Assembly: GCA_903902325.1 (NCBI GenBank)
Contig: CAIUUO010000202.1
Location: 6,262-70,261 of the forward strand
DNA length: 64,000 nt
From: an uncultured Bacteroidia bacterium
GTDB taxonomy: Bacteria > Bacteroidota > Bacteroidia > Bacteroidales > Prolixibacteraceae
Reading direction: 5' to 3'
Below, piece by piece: positions 62,872 to 64,000 of this stretch. The translations under genes and the position numbers were made by a program. The notes beneath the pieces were generated by a model. That model made no database searches. It saw only the letters and a list, made by a program, of their open reading frames with translations, and was not told the origin of the DNA. The stretch's first letter is position 1. The number at the start of each line of letters is the position of its first letter.

Positions 62872-63082
62872 AATTGATTTTAATTTGTTGATATTTAATT
62901 ATTTATAAATTTTTGAATTGGGTTTTTTAAGACAGGGTATTCCCATTAACCCAAAAGTGATTGTTTAAATCCTATTTGGATATTACATCAACTGGTCTTT
63001 CGAGGAATAGGAAGAACCCTGTCTATTTTACAATCGAACCGGTTTCAGTCAATTGTGTAATGGATTAAGTTTCGTCAAATAA

Positions 63083-63439
63083 TCAACTGACTTGTTTCAT
63101 TTCGATACCGAATATTTTTCCTTCCAAAATTTCCACATCAAGAAGACATATAGTTTCGATATCTCCTTCGGTCTGATGAATTCTAAGTGAATATTCGTTT
63201 TCCGACACTTTGATGACTTGATATTCTCTTTGTATTTCCAGTAAGAAGTCCAATAAACGTGATCCCCTTAGTACCATTTTCAGGTAAGTTGTCACATTCC
63301 GTTTCCCACCAATCCATACAAGTGTTGAAGGACTTGAGAAGGAAACTTGTGTGTGGAGATGATCTTTTACCAAGTTAGTGTCATACTCTTCCCACATTTC
63401 AATTACTTTAAGAACCTGAGGTAAATTTGTTGTTTCCAT
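63083..63439 (-). CDS. Hypothetical protein
   Basis: 118-aa ORF co-oriented with the island genes. No motif recognised. Confidence 0.4.
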   Translation of the reverse strand: METTNLPQVLKVIEMWEEYDTNLVKDHLHTQVSFSSPSTLVWIGGKRNVTTYLKMVLRGSRLLDFLLEIQREYQVIKVSENEYSLRIHQTEGDIETICLLDVEILEGKIFGIEMKQVS

Positions 63440-63830
63440 AATTTGATTTTTTTAAATTGTTGATATTTAATTTTTTGTGTGATTTTGATTTTTTTGGTAT
63501 CGAGACAGAGTTTTCCCATACGACCATAATTTGACCGTTCTCCAGACTGAATCGACTGGTTAAAACACTTAGGAATTACTGGATTTTGAGAGATCCCCTC
63601 AGGAAGAGTTGAGTCCTGTTTCTTTCTCTCCAGTCTTTCGGTTTTTTGGTAGTATCAACTTTAACCGGTCAGAGTGTTGACCTTTTGATCTTGAATTCTC
63701 GGTTTTAAAAATTTGTTTTTTCATACTCTTTATATTGAAATATTTCTTTTACCTAATTTTAACAATACAAAGGTCGGAATACTATAAGTAACTGACAAAT
63801 AATCAATTGGAACTTAGCAGGACAAAATGA

Positions 63831-63866
63831 AACCCAATAAATTCCGAAAATGGAACTTATTGGGTT
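63831..63866 (-). terminator. Rho-independent terminator-like hairpin
   Basis: 10-bp stem aacccaataa / ttattgggtt. On the minus strand it is followed by TCATTTTGT. It lies about 50 nt downstream of the partial minus-strand ORF at the window edge. Confidence 0.5.
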
Positions 63867-63917
63867 CTGTATATCTCAATTTTATTCCAGTAATAAATAC
63901 TGGGTATAAGAAATTAT

Positions 63918-64000
63918 CTAAGACCGATTTAATGACAATCCTTTACGAAATTCCTCAGGAGATATCAAGCCATCTTTAACTTTTTTAAATAAATTAATCC
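63918..64000 (-). CDS. Partial CDS (C-terminal 26 codons; gene continues beyond the window end)
   Basis: The minus-strand frame is open from the window edge to the TAG at 63918-63920 (...INLFKKVKDGLISPEEFRKGLSLNRS). A terminator hairpin follows. Confidence 0.3.
   Translation of the reverse strand, partial: INLFKKVKDGLISPEEFRKGLSLNRS

Larger units (their letters stand above)
54556..64000. mobile_element. Integrase-associated genomic island (boundary at the tRNA-Arg fragment; right end beyond the window)
   Basis: The island begins at the tRNA 3' fragment and is visibly more AT-rich than the flanking 54 kb. It contains a tyrosine integrase, an excisionase-like HTH gene, a ParB-methyltransferase fusion, a phage-type DUF5131-like gene and orphan ORFs. 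It could be a composite of two elements. Confidence 0.5.

Noticed and set aside
63827-63982. 51-aa plus-strand ORF (MKPNKFRKWNLLGSVYLNF...) near the window end
   Set aside because: Its 5' end is formed by the two arms of a 10-bp terminator hairpin that serves a minus-strand gene, and it overlaps that gene's C-terminal codons. It is probably not coding.

Overview
The window looks like a Bacteroidota chromosome segment. Supporting signs are TonB-dependent receptor/DUF4249/FISUMP genes, Bacteroidetes-type tyrosine integrase, TAnnTTTG-like -7 boxes, no Shine-Dalgarno sequences, and many TAT- or lipoprotein-signal glycoside hydrolases. From 1 to about 54.5 kb the genes are densely packed core and accessory functions: GH38, GH53 and GH5 hydrolases, transporters, PEP carboxylase, PPK2 and peptidases.

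Three modules stand out in that stretch:
- A single-module NRPS-like gene (5634-9533) with the epsilon-poly-lysine-synthetase (Pls) architecture: adenylation and carrier domains, then three membrane-embedded tandem domains. It is co-transcribed with a BASS transporter and sits divergent to a large M14 peptidase.
- A histidine kinase / REC / REC-class III cyclase / HD-YitT membrane protein operon (12.6-16.9 kb).
- A tripartite hipB-hipS-hipT-like toxin-antitoxin operon (52.1-53.6 kb), preceded by four evenly phased palindromic operators.

At 54511-54555 there is a 3' fragment of a tRNA-Arg(ACG) gene, which looks like an att scar. To its right the sequence is visibly more AT-rich and reads as an integrase-associated island running to the window edge. 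The island carries a repeat-rich surface lipoprotein, an orphan 320-aa protein with PD-(D/E)xK-like motifs, integrase plus excisionase, a DUF5131-like three-Cys gene interrupted by an in-frame TGA, and a ParB-DNA methyltransferase fusion.

Several intergenic regions hold unusual 7-9 nt tandem repeat arrays, often arranged as inverted arms. I saw no rRNA, intact tRNA or CRISPR array. All functional calls rest on motif recognition by eye, not on database searches.
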